A stretch of 64,000 nt of DNA from an uncultured delta proteobacterium (GTDB taxonomy: Bacteria > Desulfobacterota > Binatia > UBA9968). Under the pieces are notes generated by a model, which saw only the letters and a program-made list of their open reading frames with translations, was not told the DNA's origin and did not search any database. Each line of letters opens with the position of its first letter. Within the stretch, counting starts at the first letter, position 1. This document shows, piece after piece, positions 49,171-59,237 of this stretch. Made by a program: the position numbers and the translations under genes. The DNA lies in assembly GCA_963771465.1 (NCBI GenBank), contig CAVYTU010000006.1, positions 32,001 through 96,000 of the forward strand, read 5' to 3'.

Positions 49171-49950
49171 TTATCGCTGCGCCCGGTTCGATACCGCCTC
49201 GGGGCTGAGTCCCGGTGCCCAGGGATAAGCTAGTTGGCTGTGCACGGTCTTGCTGCTGACCATAAGCTCGGCAAATCGTATTCCGACCGCCTGCGTATTG
49301 ATCACCGGCACGCCAACTTCCCGCTCTACCTCGTCAGGCGCAACTGCTTCCGGGATCAGCCGTGTTGCCAGTGGCACAAGCGCCTGTGCGCCGCCGGCGA
49401 TCAATTCACGCGCAACCGTTATCGTGCGCTGCAATATGGCGTCGTGATATTGGCTGAGATCGCCGACTTCAAAGAGGTCGATCACCTTAATTGCCGTGAC
49501 AAAGTGCTCCATGCGGTAGGTTTCAACCATGCGCCATACGTAGGGTATATAACTCGCGATGGGAACGGTGATCGCAAAGCGCTCGCAAAGAGTCGCCGTA
49601 AAACTACATGTAGCGCGCAGTAACCCAACGACAGGGATGCGCACCGCCAAACGAGCCGCCTCCACTCCCGGGTCGAAGGCGTCAATCTGCACGACTGCGT
49701 CAAACCCGGCGCGTTCTGCTTCGATAATCTTCTTGACCAAAGCCGGCGTCCCCAAAATGTGGTGCAAGCCAGATAGGCTCTTAGTCTTTCTGAGGTGGTG
49801 CAGCACCTCTCCGCCGCCGAGATCTTCAGGATAATCGCTCTCTATAATGGTTTCCGGCGAAGCATAGCTGCGCAGCCTTTCTAAACGACGGCGTTCAAGA
49901 TCAGCGTCGATATCCCGCACAAACGTGTGATTCAATGCCATGATGCGCAT
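49171..49950 (-). CDS. Asp/Glu/hydantoin racemase family protein (non-canonical)
   Basis: MRIMALN, AERAGFDAVV...DPGVEAAR..V.IPVVG, GAQALV, GVPVIN. Confidence 0.8.
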   Translation of the reverse strand: MRIMALNHTFVRDIDADLERRRLERLRSYASPETIIESDYPEDLGGGEVLHHLRKTKSLSGLHHILGTPALVKKIIEAERAGFDAVVQIDAFDPGVEAARLAVRIPVVGLLRATCSFTATLCERFAITVPIASYIPYVWRMVETYRMEHFVTAIKVIDLFEVGDLSQYHDAILQRTITVARELIAGGAQALVPLATRLIPEAVAPDEVEREVGVPVINTQAVGIRFAELMVSSKTVHSQLAYPWAPGLSPEAVSNRAQR

Positions 49951-50037
49951 GCAAAATTCTCCTTTTCACATTGACCAATCATCGCCGCTGCCGCACTGAT
50001 AATCTTGCAGGGGCAGCCAATGATCGGCGCGTGTCGT

Positions 50038-51156
50038 CTATTGTTTTTCCGCGCGCGGAAAGCCAAATGCTCCAATTATTTCTTCTTCATACTTGCCCAT
50101 TTTAGGGTAATGCTCCCACGCAAGCACGGAGACTTGTTTGCCCTTGGTCAGCTGCTCATGCACGGAACCCGGACTGTAAATCGACGCGGCTAAGTCAACG
50201 TCGTCGAGAATTTTCTGACCTTCAGGACTGGCCTGAAACTCCAACCATAAAAGGCCGGCATAAGGATTGGCCGCGGTATTCAGAACCGCTTCCGCCTCGG
50301 TTAGGCGCGCAGGTATTGGTTCCACGACTTTATAGTCCAACTTTTTGAGGGTGTCTTTGGCTTGGATCAACTTAAACGACTTGTAGTTTGGCCCATATAA
50401 GAGTCCCAATTCACCGGCAATCATGGAAATTAGCAGGCGTTGCTCGCCGCGGAACCAGATTGGTTGTTGAGCTGCTAGTTTGCGAGCATAGGCAACGGTT
50501 TTTTCCAGTCCCCAAAGCGGAACCAGCGCCGCGAGCGTTTTTGGGCGGACATCCAGCGCGAACTTTCTTCCGTTGAACTCCGGTTTTAGAAAATCTTCCC
50601 AGGTGTCCGGAACTTTTGCCGCCGAGATAAGGTCCTTCTGATAGGCAACAACCTGCATGTTGCTCTGGATCGCGACCACGTGGCGGTTGACCGGGTCGAT
50701 AAGTTTAGGCTCTATTCGCAGGACTCCGTGCTCCGCCATTCCCAAAATATCGAATTTCTTCTGGAACGGAAGAAATTCGCCGTAAAAGTCGAACGCGAGA
50801 TAATTGACGTCCCAGGTCTTCGCCATGCCGGCTTTCATTTCCTGCAGCATGCGCTGATAGTTTTCCATGCCGATCAATTCCTGGGCTTGCACGTCGATGA
50901 AAGGATATTTTTGCTTGAAAGCGGTGGCCATAGCTTTGATCGCCGGGGGTTCCTGAGAAGCGAACACGCGTAGCTTTCCCTCCTTTTTTGCGAGCGCGAC
51001 GATCTCGTCGCGGCTGGTATGAAACAGGTAGCCCTTGGCTTCGGCTCCCTGCTTTGCTTTCAAAAGGCTCGCGCTCGGTGCTGCTGCAAGTGCGCCAAAA
51101 CTTTCTACCGACAAATTAATAAGAAATGTCGCGACGCAAAGATATCCTGCTTTCAT
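50038..51156 (-). CDS. Extracellular solute-binding protein (SBP_bac_6-like)
   Basis: Signal peptide; AKKEGKL, FKQKYPFI, VPDTWEDFLKP, NPYAGLLWLEF, FGFP. Confidence 0.85.
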   Translation of the reverse strand: MKAGYLCVATFLINLSVESFGALAAAPSASLLKAKQGAEAKGYLFHTSRDEIVALAKKEGKLRVFASQEPPAIKAMATAFKQKYPFIDVQAQELIGMENYQRMLQEMKAGMAKTWDVNYLAFDFYGEFLPFQKKFDILGMAEHGVLRIEPKLIDPVNRHVVAIQSNMQVVAYQKDLISAAKVPDTWEDFLKPEFNGRKFALDVRPKTLAALVPLWGLEKTVAYARKLAAQQPIWFRGEQRLLISMIAGELGLLYGPNYKSFKLIQAKDTLKKLDYKVVEPIPARLTEAEAVLNTAANPYAGLLWLEFQASPEGQKILDDVDLAASIYSPGSVHEQLTKGKQVSVLAWEHYPKMGKYEEEIIGAFGFPRAEKQ

Positions 51157-51398
51157 ATTGTTCTCCCAGCTATTACTACAGTCCGTCAAAGATTATCTGA
51201 ACGGTTCGAGATATCTGGAGAAAAATCTTAATGGTACCCTCGGCAATCGTTTCAGTGCTCAGACATCAGCATGGTTGCTGCGTATCGCAACCCCCTAGAC
51301 CTGTCAAGTTAAAGTCGACACTACTCGCCAGCAATACGCGGGAACACGAATCTATGGACCGGCTAATAATTGGAAATAGACGTCGCCGGGACACAACG

Positions 51399-51427
51399 TT
51401 GACGTCACCGTCGCACTTGGATAACGT
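51399..51427 (+). promoter_or_regulatory. Candidate sigma70 promoter
   Basis: TTGACG-17 nt-TAACGT upstream of an AAGGAGG RBS. Confidence 0.4.
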
Positions 51428-51476
51428 AGCGAAGTATTTTTCGGCAATGCACATGTGACAGCTTAAGGAGGAGATT

Positions 51477-52544
51477 ATGGCCACGAAGATCAGCAGTGTG
51501 CGCGTGAAGCGGTTCAGTCTGCCGCGGGCCGATCCTGCTTGGAGAACCTCTATCTACGCTGGCACCTCCGTCGAAGGATTCATTCTAGAATTGACAGCCA
51601 ATGGGAACATAGGCATCGGTGGCAGCGCTGCTCATCCCCTGGTCATTTCCGGCGATGACGTCGAAGCGCAACTCAATGGCCCGGTGCGCGATATTCTCAT
51701 GGGAGCTGATGTCTATGACGGCAGTAGTATTCGGCAAGCGCTAAAGACGGCCAAGGTTCACAGTCGCGCATCGATAGCGGCGGACCTCGCCCTTTACGAC
51801 CTCCTCGGCAAGGTTGCTAATGTTCCCGGATATGTGCTGTTAGGCGGGAAGTTCCGACCTCGTATCACCGTCGTACGCATGGTCGGAGTCAAGGCACCGC
51901 CTGAACTCATAGCTACAGTGAAAGATCTGGTGGCTCAGGGTTTAACCCACTTCAAAGTGAAGATCGGCACCGGATTAGACGAGGACGTTGGCCGCATTCG
52001 CGCGCTGCGCGAAGCGTTTGGGGAGAAAATATGGATCGGCGTCGATGGCAACGGCGCCTACCAGGTAGACGAGGCGATTGAACTGTGCAAAGCGCTTAAA
52101 GCGTATCAGGTCGGCCTGATCGAGCAGCCAACTAAAGACAATGATATGGAAGCTTTGATCCGAGTTACAGCAGCAAGCCCAATACCGATAATGGCGGATC
52201 AGTGTGTCGGCGACGTTGCCTCGGCGCTGGACGTGTGCCAACGGCGCGCTGCCCACGTAGTATCGATCAAAGCAACCAAGATGGGATCGCTCGAGGAGTG
52301 CCGTCGAGTTGCCGAGGTGTGTCACGCATTTGGCGTCCATGTTCACTTCGGCGGTTCGGCGGCGCCGGCGGTCGTAGATGTCGCCGCGGCGCATTTGGCA
52401 GCGTCGCTGCCGTCCATTGACGAAGAGTGTGAAGTCGGCGAGTTCCAGGCCTTGCAGGGAGATCCGTTTAGAGGAGCGCTTCTTCACAACGGGCAAATGG
52501 AACTTGGAACCGCGCCGGGTTGGGGTCTGACACTAGCGGAATGA
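51477..52544 (+). CDS. Enolase superfamily, muconate cycloisomerase / dipeptide epimerase-like subgroup
   Basis: DLALYDLLGK, KVK, DGN, EQP, ADQ, SIK, PGWG. Confidence 0.88.
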   Translation: MATKISSVRVKRFSLPRADPAWRTSIYAGTSVEGFILELTANGNIGIGGSAAHPLVISGDDVEAQLNGPVRDILMGADVYDGSSIRQALKTAKVHSRASIAADLALYDLLGKVANVPGYVLLGGKFRPRITVVRMVGVKAPPELIATVKDLVAQGLTHFKVKIGTGLDEDVGRIRALREAFGEKIWIGVDGNGAYQVDEAIELCKALKAYQVGLIEQPTKDNDMEALIRVTAASPIPIMADQCVGDVASALDVCQRRAAHVVSIKATKMGSLEECRRVAEVCHAFGVHVHFGGSAAPAVVDVAAAHLAASLPSIDEECEVGEFQALQGDPFRGALLHNGQMELGTAPGWGLTLAE

Positions 52545-52809
52545 CTCTGCACCGGAAAGAAGAGAAACTGGACCACGACCTTCACGGTCGATTTTGAAGA
52601 ACTAATTAATACTAGAATCACGAGTGGAGACTTAACCCTTACGCGCGAGAAAATACTCCCGGCTCATTTTATTCCAGTTTTCATCGAGGATCGTCACGAA
52701 AAAAATATCCGGCTAGGAGATCAGCATTCAAAACACGCAAAGTCACTCTATCGAGAGGGCTGCCAACAAATAACAAAATATTAGATATCTCTCCCCGAGG
52801 CCGACCCCT

Positions 52810-54201
52810 TTGACTACATCCTCCGAGTTTACTCAAGTCCTGTCCGCTTACGTTGCGGCGGCTTTGACGTTACCGCTGCCTGATGAAATCGTCGCGTGCG
52901 CGAAACAACACATTCTCGATACCTTCGCGGCAATGATTTCCGGTTCCCAGTTAAAACCGGGAGAGGTCATGCGTCGTTACGTCAAGAGCGAAGGCGGTCC
53001 GCCTGTGGCTCAAATCATTGGCAGTTCGCTGCTCAGCGCAGCGACACTGGCCGCGCTCGCCAACGGCACTTCGGCCCATGCGGATGAAACAGATGATTCT
53101 CACGCGGCATCCGGAACGCATCCGGGTTGTGCCGTTGTGCCGGCAGCGCTGGCGATGGCTGAGCAGATGGGCAGCAGCGGTGAGGCTTTCCTGCGGGCGG
53201 TCGTGGTCGGTTATGATGTGGGCTGCCGCGTCGGCCGGGCTCTTAATCCACTTTCTCTATCGCATACAGGTCACAGCAGCCGTAGTCTGGGAAATACCTT
53301 TGGCGCATGCGCTGCGGCCGCAGTCTTGGCGCGCCTCGATGCGCAGCAGGTTGGTTGGGCGCTTGCCTATGGCGCGCAACAAGCCGCTGGCATCGGCAGC
53401 TACATTCGCGCTAAAGAACATATCGAGAAGGCTTTCGTGCTCGGTGGGATGCCGGCGCGCAACGGCATCACGGCGGTCAATCTGGCGCAAGCCGGCGCTA
53501 GCGGCACCGCCGATCCGTTTCACGGCGAACGGAATTTTTTGCGCGCCTATTCACCCGACCCACGGCCCGAGGAATTGGTTCGCGGATTAGGAGTAAATTT
53601 CGAAATCGCTCAGACCAGTATCAAAAGATATTGTGTGGGCTCGCCGATTCAGGCGCCGCTGGAGGCGTTGTTTGAAATGGTCGCTGAACACAAGTTATGC
53701 GCCGACGATATTGAGCGACTGATCGTGCGCTTGCCGGAACATAGAGCGGCTACGGTCAACAACAGAGAAATGGCGGACGTGAATCTGCAGCACATTCTCG
53801 CTTTGGCGCTTGTCCACGGCGAAGTCTCTTTTGCCATGGCACATGCCGACAAAAGCGATGCATCCATCACTGCGCTCAGGTCACGAATCGAGCTCGTCGC
53901 CGATGCCGAATTGCTGGAAAGCGTGTCGCCGCGCCAAGTACGACTGGAAGTCCTCACCCGAGACGGTCGACGGCTGGCCAAGTACCTTCCGACCTATCAC
54001 GGCACGCCGGAAAATCCGCTGTCGCTGCAAGAGGTCGAAACTAAGGCGCGTGAATTGACGTCATCGGTGATCGGTAATCGGAACACTGAGGAACTCATCC
54101 AATATATCAGAGAACTGGACCGCGTCGGCGATATGCGCGAGCTGCGGCCGAAATTTGTCGTCATCGAACAAGACTCGAACTCAAGCGAGCAAGGAGGTTG
54201 A
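52810..54201 (+). CDS. MmgE/PrpD family protein
   Basis: HILDTFAAMISG, HADETDDSH..GTHPG, EKAF..GGMPARNG, IKRYCVGSPIQ, HGTPENP. Confidence 0.9.
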   Translation: MTTSSEFTQVLSAYVAAALTLPLPDEIVACAKQHILDTFAAMISGSQLKPGEVMRRYVKSEGGPPVAQIIGSSLLSAATLAALANGTSAHADETDDSHAASGTHPGCAVVPAALAMAEQMGSSGEAFLRAVVVGYDVGCRVGRALNPLSLSHTGHSSRSLGNTFGACAAAAVLARLDAQQVGWALAYGAQQAAGIGSYIRAKEHIEKAFVLGGMPARNGITAVNLAQAGASGTADPFHGERNFLRAYSPDPRPEELVRGLGVNFEIAQTSIKRYCVGSPIQAPLEALFEMVAEHKLCADDIERLIVRLPEHRAATVNNREMADVNLQHILALALVHGEVSFAMAHADKSDASITALRSRIELVADAELLESVSPRQVRLEVLTRDGRRLAKYLPTYHGTPENPLSLQEVETKARELTSSVIGNRNTEELIQYIRELDRVGDMRELRPKFVVIEQDSNSSEQGG

Positions 54202-55286
54202 ACGTGAATCTAAAATGCCGGTTATTCTGGAGTGTCGCCGCGTGCATCAATGCGCTGGTTATTGGCGCAGCCGTCGACATTACAAATGTTCACGCGGCGG
54301 ATGCCGCCAAAGGGCAAACTCTCGACTCCATCGTTCAAGGTGCCAAGAAGGAAGGCAAGCTTAGCTGGTCGACCAATCTGGAAGAGCACGAAGTTAAGGA
54401 AATGCACAAAGCCTTTCAAACGGAATTTCCGTTCCTCAAGATCAATTACAAACGAATTATGGGCGGCGAGCAAAGGCAGCGGATACTCTCCGAGATGCAA
54501 GCCGGATTGTTTCCCTACGATTTGATGAGCATCGAGGACGAAGCCTCGGACGATTTCCAAAAGCAAGGCTTTCTGATCGATCCGGTGAATTGGCAGAAGA
54601 TTTTTGGCATGGACCCGAGAATGGTTCACCCTCAAGGATACGCCGTTTCGGTCGGCAATAACCCTGCGGGAATCTATTACAACAATAAACTGGTGCCGAA
54701 GGAGCGCGTGCCAAAAACCTGGGCCGATTGTTACAACCCCTATTTTATGAACAAGATGTCGGCCGACGTGCGGCCCACTCACATGGTCTCCGTCATGTAC
54801 GGATATGGCGAAGATTGGACCTTTGACTTTGCTAAGAAGTTACTTGCCAATAAGCCGAAATGGTTCCGCGGCAATTCATTGGCCGTGACCATGGTGGCGT
54901 CCGGAGAGGTGGTTCTCTCCTGTCCTGCCAGCCATGGATCGTGGTACCGGGCTGCCCTAGGCAAAACTAATTATCCCGTCAGTTTCGTCTATCCCGAAGG
55001 ACCCATCGTCGCATCGCGGGAAATCTTTCTCAGTCCAGTTAAGGGAGCGCCAAATCCAAACGCCGCGCTGCTCATGACCGGCTGGGTCGCGGCCAAAGGG
55101 GTCAAATATCTGCGCACGGGACGAGAGAGCATTTTCCATCCGGAATCGGAATTGGGCGCGCAGATCAAAAAAATGGGCCGACCTTTAAAGGTGACCGATT
55201 GGGATACTGCCACCAAAACCGAGGATCTCATGCGCAAAATACTTGAAGTTTGGGGCTTCCCAAAGCCGGAAAAAAAGGGCGGCTAA
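54198..55286 (+). CDS. Extracellular solute-binding protein (SBP_bac_6-like)
   Basis: Signal peptide; GAKKEGKL, YYN.KLV, PKTWAD, APNPNAA, WGFP. Confidence 0.85.
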   Translation: MNVNLKCRLFWSVAACINALVIGAAVDITNVHAADAAKGQTLDSIVQGAKKEGKLSWSTNLEEHEVKEMHKAFQTEFPFLKINYKRIMGGEQRQRILSEMQAGLFPYDLMSIEDEASDDFQKQGFLIDPVNWQKIFGMDPRMVHPQGYAVSVGNNPAGIYYNNKLVPKERVPKTWADCYNPYFMNKMSADVRPTHMVSVMYGYGEDWTFDFAKKLLANKPKWFRGNSLAVTMVASGEVVLSCPASHGSWYRAALGKTNYPVSFVYPEGPIVASREIFLSPVKGAPNPNAALLMTGWVAAKGVKYLRTGRESIFHPESELGAQIKKMGRPLKVTDWDTATKTEDLMRKILEVWGFPKPEKKGG

Positions 55287-55472
55287 GAATCGATAATAAT
55301 CAAATCAATTTTTCGCAGTGAGATCGTTTCAGATTTATTTTCGTCGAGCTAGACGATCTTGCGCATTGAGATTTGCCGAATCGCTGGTTGCCAAGCTAGT
55401 TTCATAAACCCAACTTGTTTCGATCTTGTCAAATCAGATCCATGCGAAAGTGCGACTGAGGGACGCTAATAG

Positions 55473-57254
55473 ATGAGCCGATTGGAGCACCGGGATCTCG
55501 CGCGAACCAGTCGATTGGCCGTGTTCAAAGTTTCACGCAAGCTGAGTCTCAGCAATGTGGTCTTGATCCTGGCGGTTGTAATTACGCTATGGCTCCTGCT
55601 CGTTCCCATGCTGTTACTCATCTTGAACAGCATCAGGACCGGCCCGCCGTCTTCGCTCGCGGGGCCGTGGACCTTGCGCAACTACTACGTCCTGTTCAGC
55701 AACCCGTTCTTTCATACTGCCCTCGCCAACACGGTGGTGATATCGGTGATCTCGACGTTGGGCGGACTTGTTTTCGCGGTCCTGTTCGCTTGGCTCATCG
55801 AGCGCACCGATATGCCTTTCCGAACGCTGGCGTGGATCGCGGTTCTTCTGCCTCTTGCCATACCCGGCGTTCTCTTCGCGCTTTCGTGGATGCTCTTGCT
55901 CGCGCCCAGAATGGGACTGATCAATATTGCGTTGCGAGAATTTCTTTCACTTTTCGGCTTCTCCCTCGACGAAGGACCGTTAAACATCCAATCCCTGTGG
56001 GGAATTATCTTTCTCGGTTGGATGCGCGGCGTGAGCACCATCTTTCTTATGATCGTCGGCGCCTTCCGCCTGATGGATCCCGCTTTGGAAGAAGCGGCGC
56101 GATTGTCGGGAGCCGCTCCCAAAGAAGTATTGCGTAGAATCACGCTACCCCTGCTGATGCCGGCGCTGGCGGCGGCGACGATTTACTCCTTCGTCTCTCA
56201 TCTCGAATCCTTCGAGGCGCCGCTTACGGTCGGCCTGGCCGCCGGCATCTTTGTCCTGAGCACGCTTATCTATTTCACCGCGCGTTATCATTTTCCGGTC
56301 GACTATGGGCTGAGTGCCGCTTACGCGGTCTTTTTCATGACGATCATGGCCGTGTTGTCTTACTTCTACGTGCGGATGATCCGTAAGGGAGAACGCTTTG
56401 CGGTGATCCGTGGCCGCGGATTTCATCCCATCCGCTATCGCTTGGGACGCTGGCGCTATCCGGCTCTCGCCTTATTCGCAGTCTATTTTTTTCTCACCCT
56501 TGTCTGTCCGCTATTGGTGTTGGTTTGGGCGTCGATCGTTCCGTATTATGTCGTGCCGTCGATGGAGGCGATGAAAATGATCTCCTTCGAGCATTATATT
56601 AACGTCGCTAACACTCCCAGATTCTTCCACGATACGATCAATACCGTGGTGATGGCGATCGGTGCCGGCGTCGTGACCATGGTTATCGCGTTGCTGATTT
56701 CCTGGCTGGTGGTTCGCCTCAAGCATCGGGCCGGTCTCATGCTCGACAGCCTGACCTTTATTTCCTACGCAGTTCCCGGAGTCGTCATCGCCTTGGCGAT
56801 GATTTTTGTTTACCTGCAACCGGCGCTGCGGCCGCTGGGAATTTACGGCTCGATCTGGATTATTGTTTTGGGCCTCGCGACCCAATACCTGGCCTTCGCA
56901 ACGCGCACGACCAACGCCGGTCTGCTCCAGATACATCAGGAACTGGAAGAGGCCGGCTCGGTTTCCGGAGCCGGTCGTCTGCGCATTATCTGGAAGATTA
57001 CGGTGCCGCTTTTGATGCCTTCGCTGGTTGCCGGCTGGATCTGGGTGGTGGCGCATTCTCTGCGTACTTTTTCGGTTCCACTGGTGCTCGCCAGCGAAAA
57101 CAACGAGGTGCTTTCCGTCTGGATATGGATTTATTGGCAGGCGGGAAGGATTCCCGAAGCCGCGGCGATCGGAGTGATGCTGATCCTGTTGACCGCACTG
57201 ATGGGACTAGCCGCAAGAAAGTTGGTAGGAGAGTCTTTGTCAGGCATGCGCTGA
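55473..57254 (+). CDS. ABC transporter permease, FbpB-like (two fused BPD_transp_1 domains)
   Basis: Two EAA motifs (DPALEEAARLSGA; ELEEAGSVSGA); ERTDMP; many TM helices. Confidence 0.92.
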   Translation: MSRLEHRDLARTSRLAVFKVSRKLSLSNVVLILAVVITLWLLLVPMLLLILNSIRTGPPSSLAGPWTLRNYYVLFSNPFFHTALANTVVISVISTLGGLVFAVLFAWLIERTDMPFRTLAWIAVLLPLAIPGVLFALSWMLLLAPRMGLINIALREFLSLFGFSLDEGPLNIQSLWGIIFLGWMRGVSTIFLMIVGAFRLMDPALEEAARLSGAAPKEVLRRITLPLLMPALAAATIYSFVSHLESFEAPLTVGLAAGIFVLSTLIYFTARYHFPVDYGLSAAYAVFFMTIMAVLSYFYVRMIRKGERFAVIRGRGFHPIRYRLGRWRYPALALFAVYFFLTLVCPLLVLVWASIVPYYVVPSMEAMKMISFEHYINVANTPRFFHDTINTVVMAIGAGVVTMVIALLISWLVVRLKHRAGLMLDSLTFISYAVPGVVIALAMIFVYLQPALRPLGIYGSIWIIVLGLATQYLAFATRTTNAGLLQIHQELEEAGSVSGAGRLRIIWKITVPLLMPSLVAGWIWVVAHSLRTFSVPLVLASENNEVLSVWIWIYWQAGRIPEAAAIGVMLILLTALMGLAARKLVGESLSGMR

Positions 57255-57305
57255 TGGACAATGTCTAAGTCTCAGTGTCGGGTCTCCAGGAAACGGAAAC
57301 GAAAG

Positions 57306-57402
57306 GACACGACGACGGTACAAGACTTGCCGGGTAACGAGAAGCGCTTCATCAGAAGCAATCGGCATTGGGATGACCATCGTCAGGTACAAGACCTGGC
57401 GG
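57306..57402 (+). pseudogene. Remnant of the 3' end of a D-aminoacylase-like gene (homolog of about 44871-44970)
   Basis: GTA CAA GAC TTG CCG GGT AAC GAG AAG CGC TTC encodes VQDLPGNEKRF, identical in protein to 44883 onward; continues AIGIGMTIV versus AVGIEMTIV after two 1-nt deletions. Confidence 0.75.
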
Positions 57403-57449
57403 CGACTACTAGTTGTATTCACTACCTTTAGACTCGGCCTTTAACACCT

Positions 57450-59035
57450 ATGCCTATAGCAAACGCGCAGCCGAGTATTTTCGAGGAAGGCCGCAATTGC
57501 CGGCGCGTCGCGGACGCGGGCAGGGTCGCATTCATCGTCGACGGCGACGATTACTTCAAGACGTTCATGGCGGCCGCCGAACGTGCGAGGGAATTGATCA
57601 TCGTCGTCGCATGGGACTTCAACAGCAATTGCTGTCTCAGCGTCGAATGTGACAGCAAGGACCCGCGCGCCAAGCTCGGGGAGTATCTCAACTACCTTGC
57701 GCGGCGTCGGCGCGGTCTGCACATCTACGTGCTCGACTGGGACTTCCCGATGATCTACGCCAAGGATCGGGAAGCACCCGTAAGAGTGCGGCTCGGGTGG
57801 GGCTGGAAACCGCATCGCCGCGTTCATCTCGAGTTCGACAATACGCATCCGCCAGGCGGGTCGCACCATCAGAAGATCGTCGTCATCGACGATGCGATCG
57901 CATTCTGCGGCGGGCTCGACCTCACCTGCCAGCGCTGGGATACCCCTGCGCATGCAGCCGTGCGATCCGCACCGGGTCGTGGAGGACCAGCCTTATCCGC
58001 CGTTTCACGATCTGATGATCGCGGTCGATGGCGAAGCGGCGCGGGAGCTCGGTCGTATAGCACGCGAGCGTTGGCGCGCGTCGACCGAAAAGGAGATACC
58101 TCCCGTCCCGTACTAACGAGGACCCCTGGCCGCCTGATCTCGAGCCGGCGCTTACCAACCTGCCGGTTGCGATCGCCGTCACCGCGCCGGAGTCGGCGCC
58201 ACACCAGGGAACGCGCGAGGTCGAAGCGCTCTACCTCGACATGATCGCGCGCGCGCAGCGCTATATCTATATCGAGAACCAGTATTTTACGGCGTACAAG
58301 ATCGGAGACGCCCTTGAAGCGCGCCTCCGGGAGCCCGGCGGTCCCGAGATCGTGGTGGTCACCCGGTTGCTGAGCCACGGCTGGCTCGAGGAGTACACGA
58401 TGGGCGTGTTGCGAAGCAAGATGGTCGAGCGGCTGCGCGCGGCCGACGTAGAAGGGCGCTTCAACGTCTATTATCCCGAGATGCCGGGACTGGCGGAGGG
58501 CACGTGCATCGATGTCCACTCGAAGATGATGGCGGTGGACGACGAGTGGCTACGCATCGGCTCTGCGAACATCAACAACCGCTCCATGGGAGTCGACACC
58601 GAGTGCGATCTCGCCATCGAAGCCGGCGGGCGCGCCGAGGTCGCGCACGCCATCCGCAGTTTTCGCAATAAGCTGCTTGCCGAGCACCTCGGCGTAACTC
58701 AGGAAGAAGTGGACCGGGAGACGACGGCCCGAGGTTCCATCGCCAGCGCCGTGAAAGCGCTCGAGAGACCCGGGAGGACGCTCAATCGGTTGGAAGTCGA
58801 GTCTCACTCTGACATCACGCTCAGCATTGCTGAAATGACCGACCCGGAGCAAGCGGTCGGCCTGGACAAGCTAAAAGCGCTGTTCTCGTTCGGCGCTGAA
58901 TTCCATTCCGTGCCACGGCCCGCGCGCAAAGCACTGGTGTACTTCGCGCTTGCCGGAGCTGTGTTCGTGCTATGGCGCTTCACCCCGCTGCGGAAGGTGC
59001 TGCGCATCGGCCGAGGGGAATCAGCACGACTTTAA
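57450..59035 (+). pseudogene. Phospholipase D family gene (two HKD motifs) with two +1 frameshifts near 57960 and 58108
   Basis: Frame 1 GRNC...HHQKIVVIDD..RWDT; frame 2 PYPPFHDLMIAVDGEAA; frame 3 DPWPP...YIENQYF...VHSKMMAVDD..GSANINNRS. Confidence 0.85.
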
Positions 59036-59046
59036 CGGGAATGGCT

Positions 59047-59162
59047 ACCGCGCTCATGAGACTCGCAGCAAGAAGTTGGTGGGCGAGTCTTTGTCAGGAA
59101 TGCGCTAATGGCCAGTTTCTAAATTTCAGTGTCAGATCTCAGGGAAACGGCAAACGAAAGGA
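59047..59162 (+). repeat. Diverged direct repeat of 57192-57307 (permease 3' end plus downstream DNA)
   Basis: ACCGCGCTCATG...GAGTCTTTGTCAGGAATGCGCTAA...TCAGTGTC...GGAAACGGCAAACGAAAGGA versus ACCGCACTGATG...GAGTCTTTGTCAGGCATGCGCTGA...TCAGTGTC...GGAAACGGAAACGAAAGGA. Confidence 0.85.
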
Positions 59163-59237
59163 AGCGTGTCGTCTTTGGCAAATTAGTAATTATCAAAGCC
59201 GACACCGAGCGCTCATCTTCTTACCAGGCTACAATTA

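Noticed and set aside
55292-55310. Fur-box-like GATAATAATCAAATCAATT before the FbpB-like permease
   Set aside because: Only a partial match in AT-rich DNA, and it lies downstream of the binding-protein gene
57317-57402. GGTACAAGAC direct repeat as a target-site duplication
   Set aside because: Both copies can largely be explained as parts of the decayed amidohydrolase remnant; no element or terminal inverted repeats lie between them
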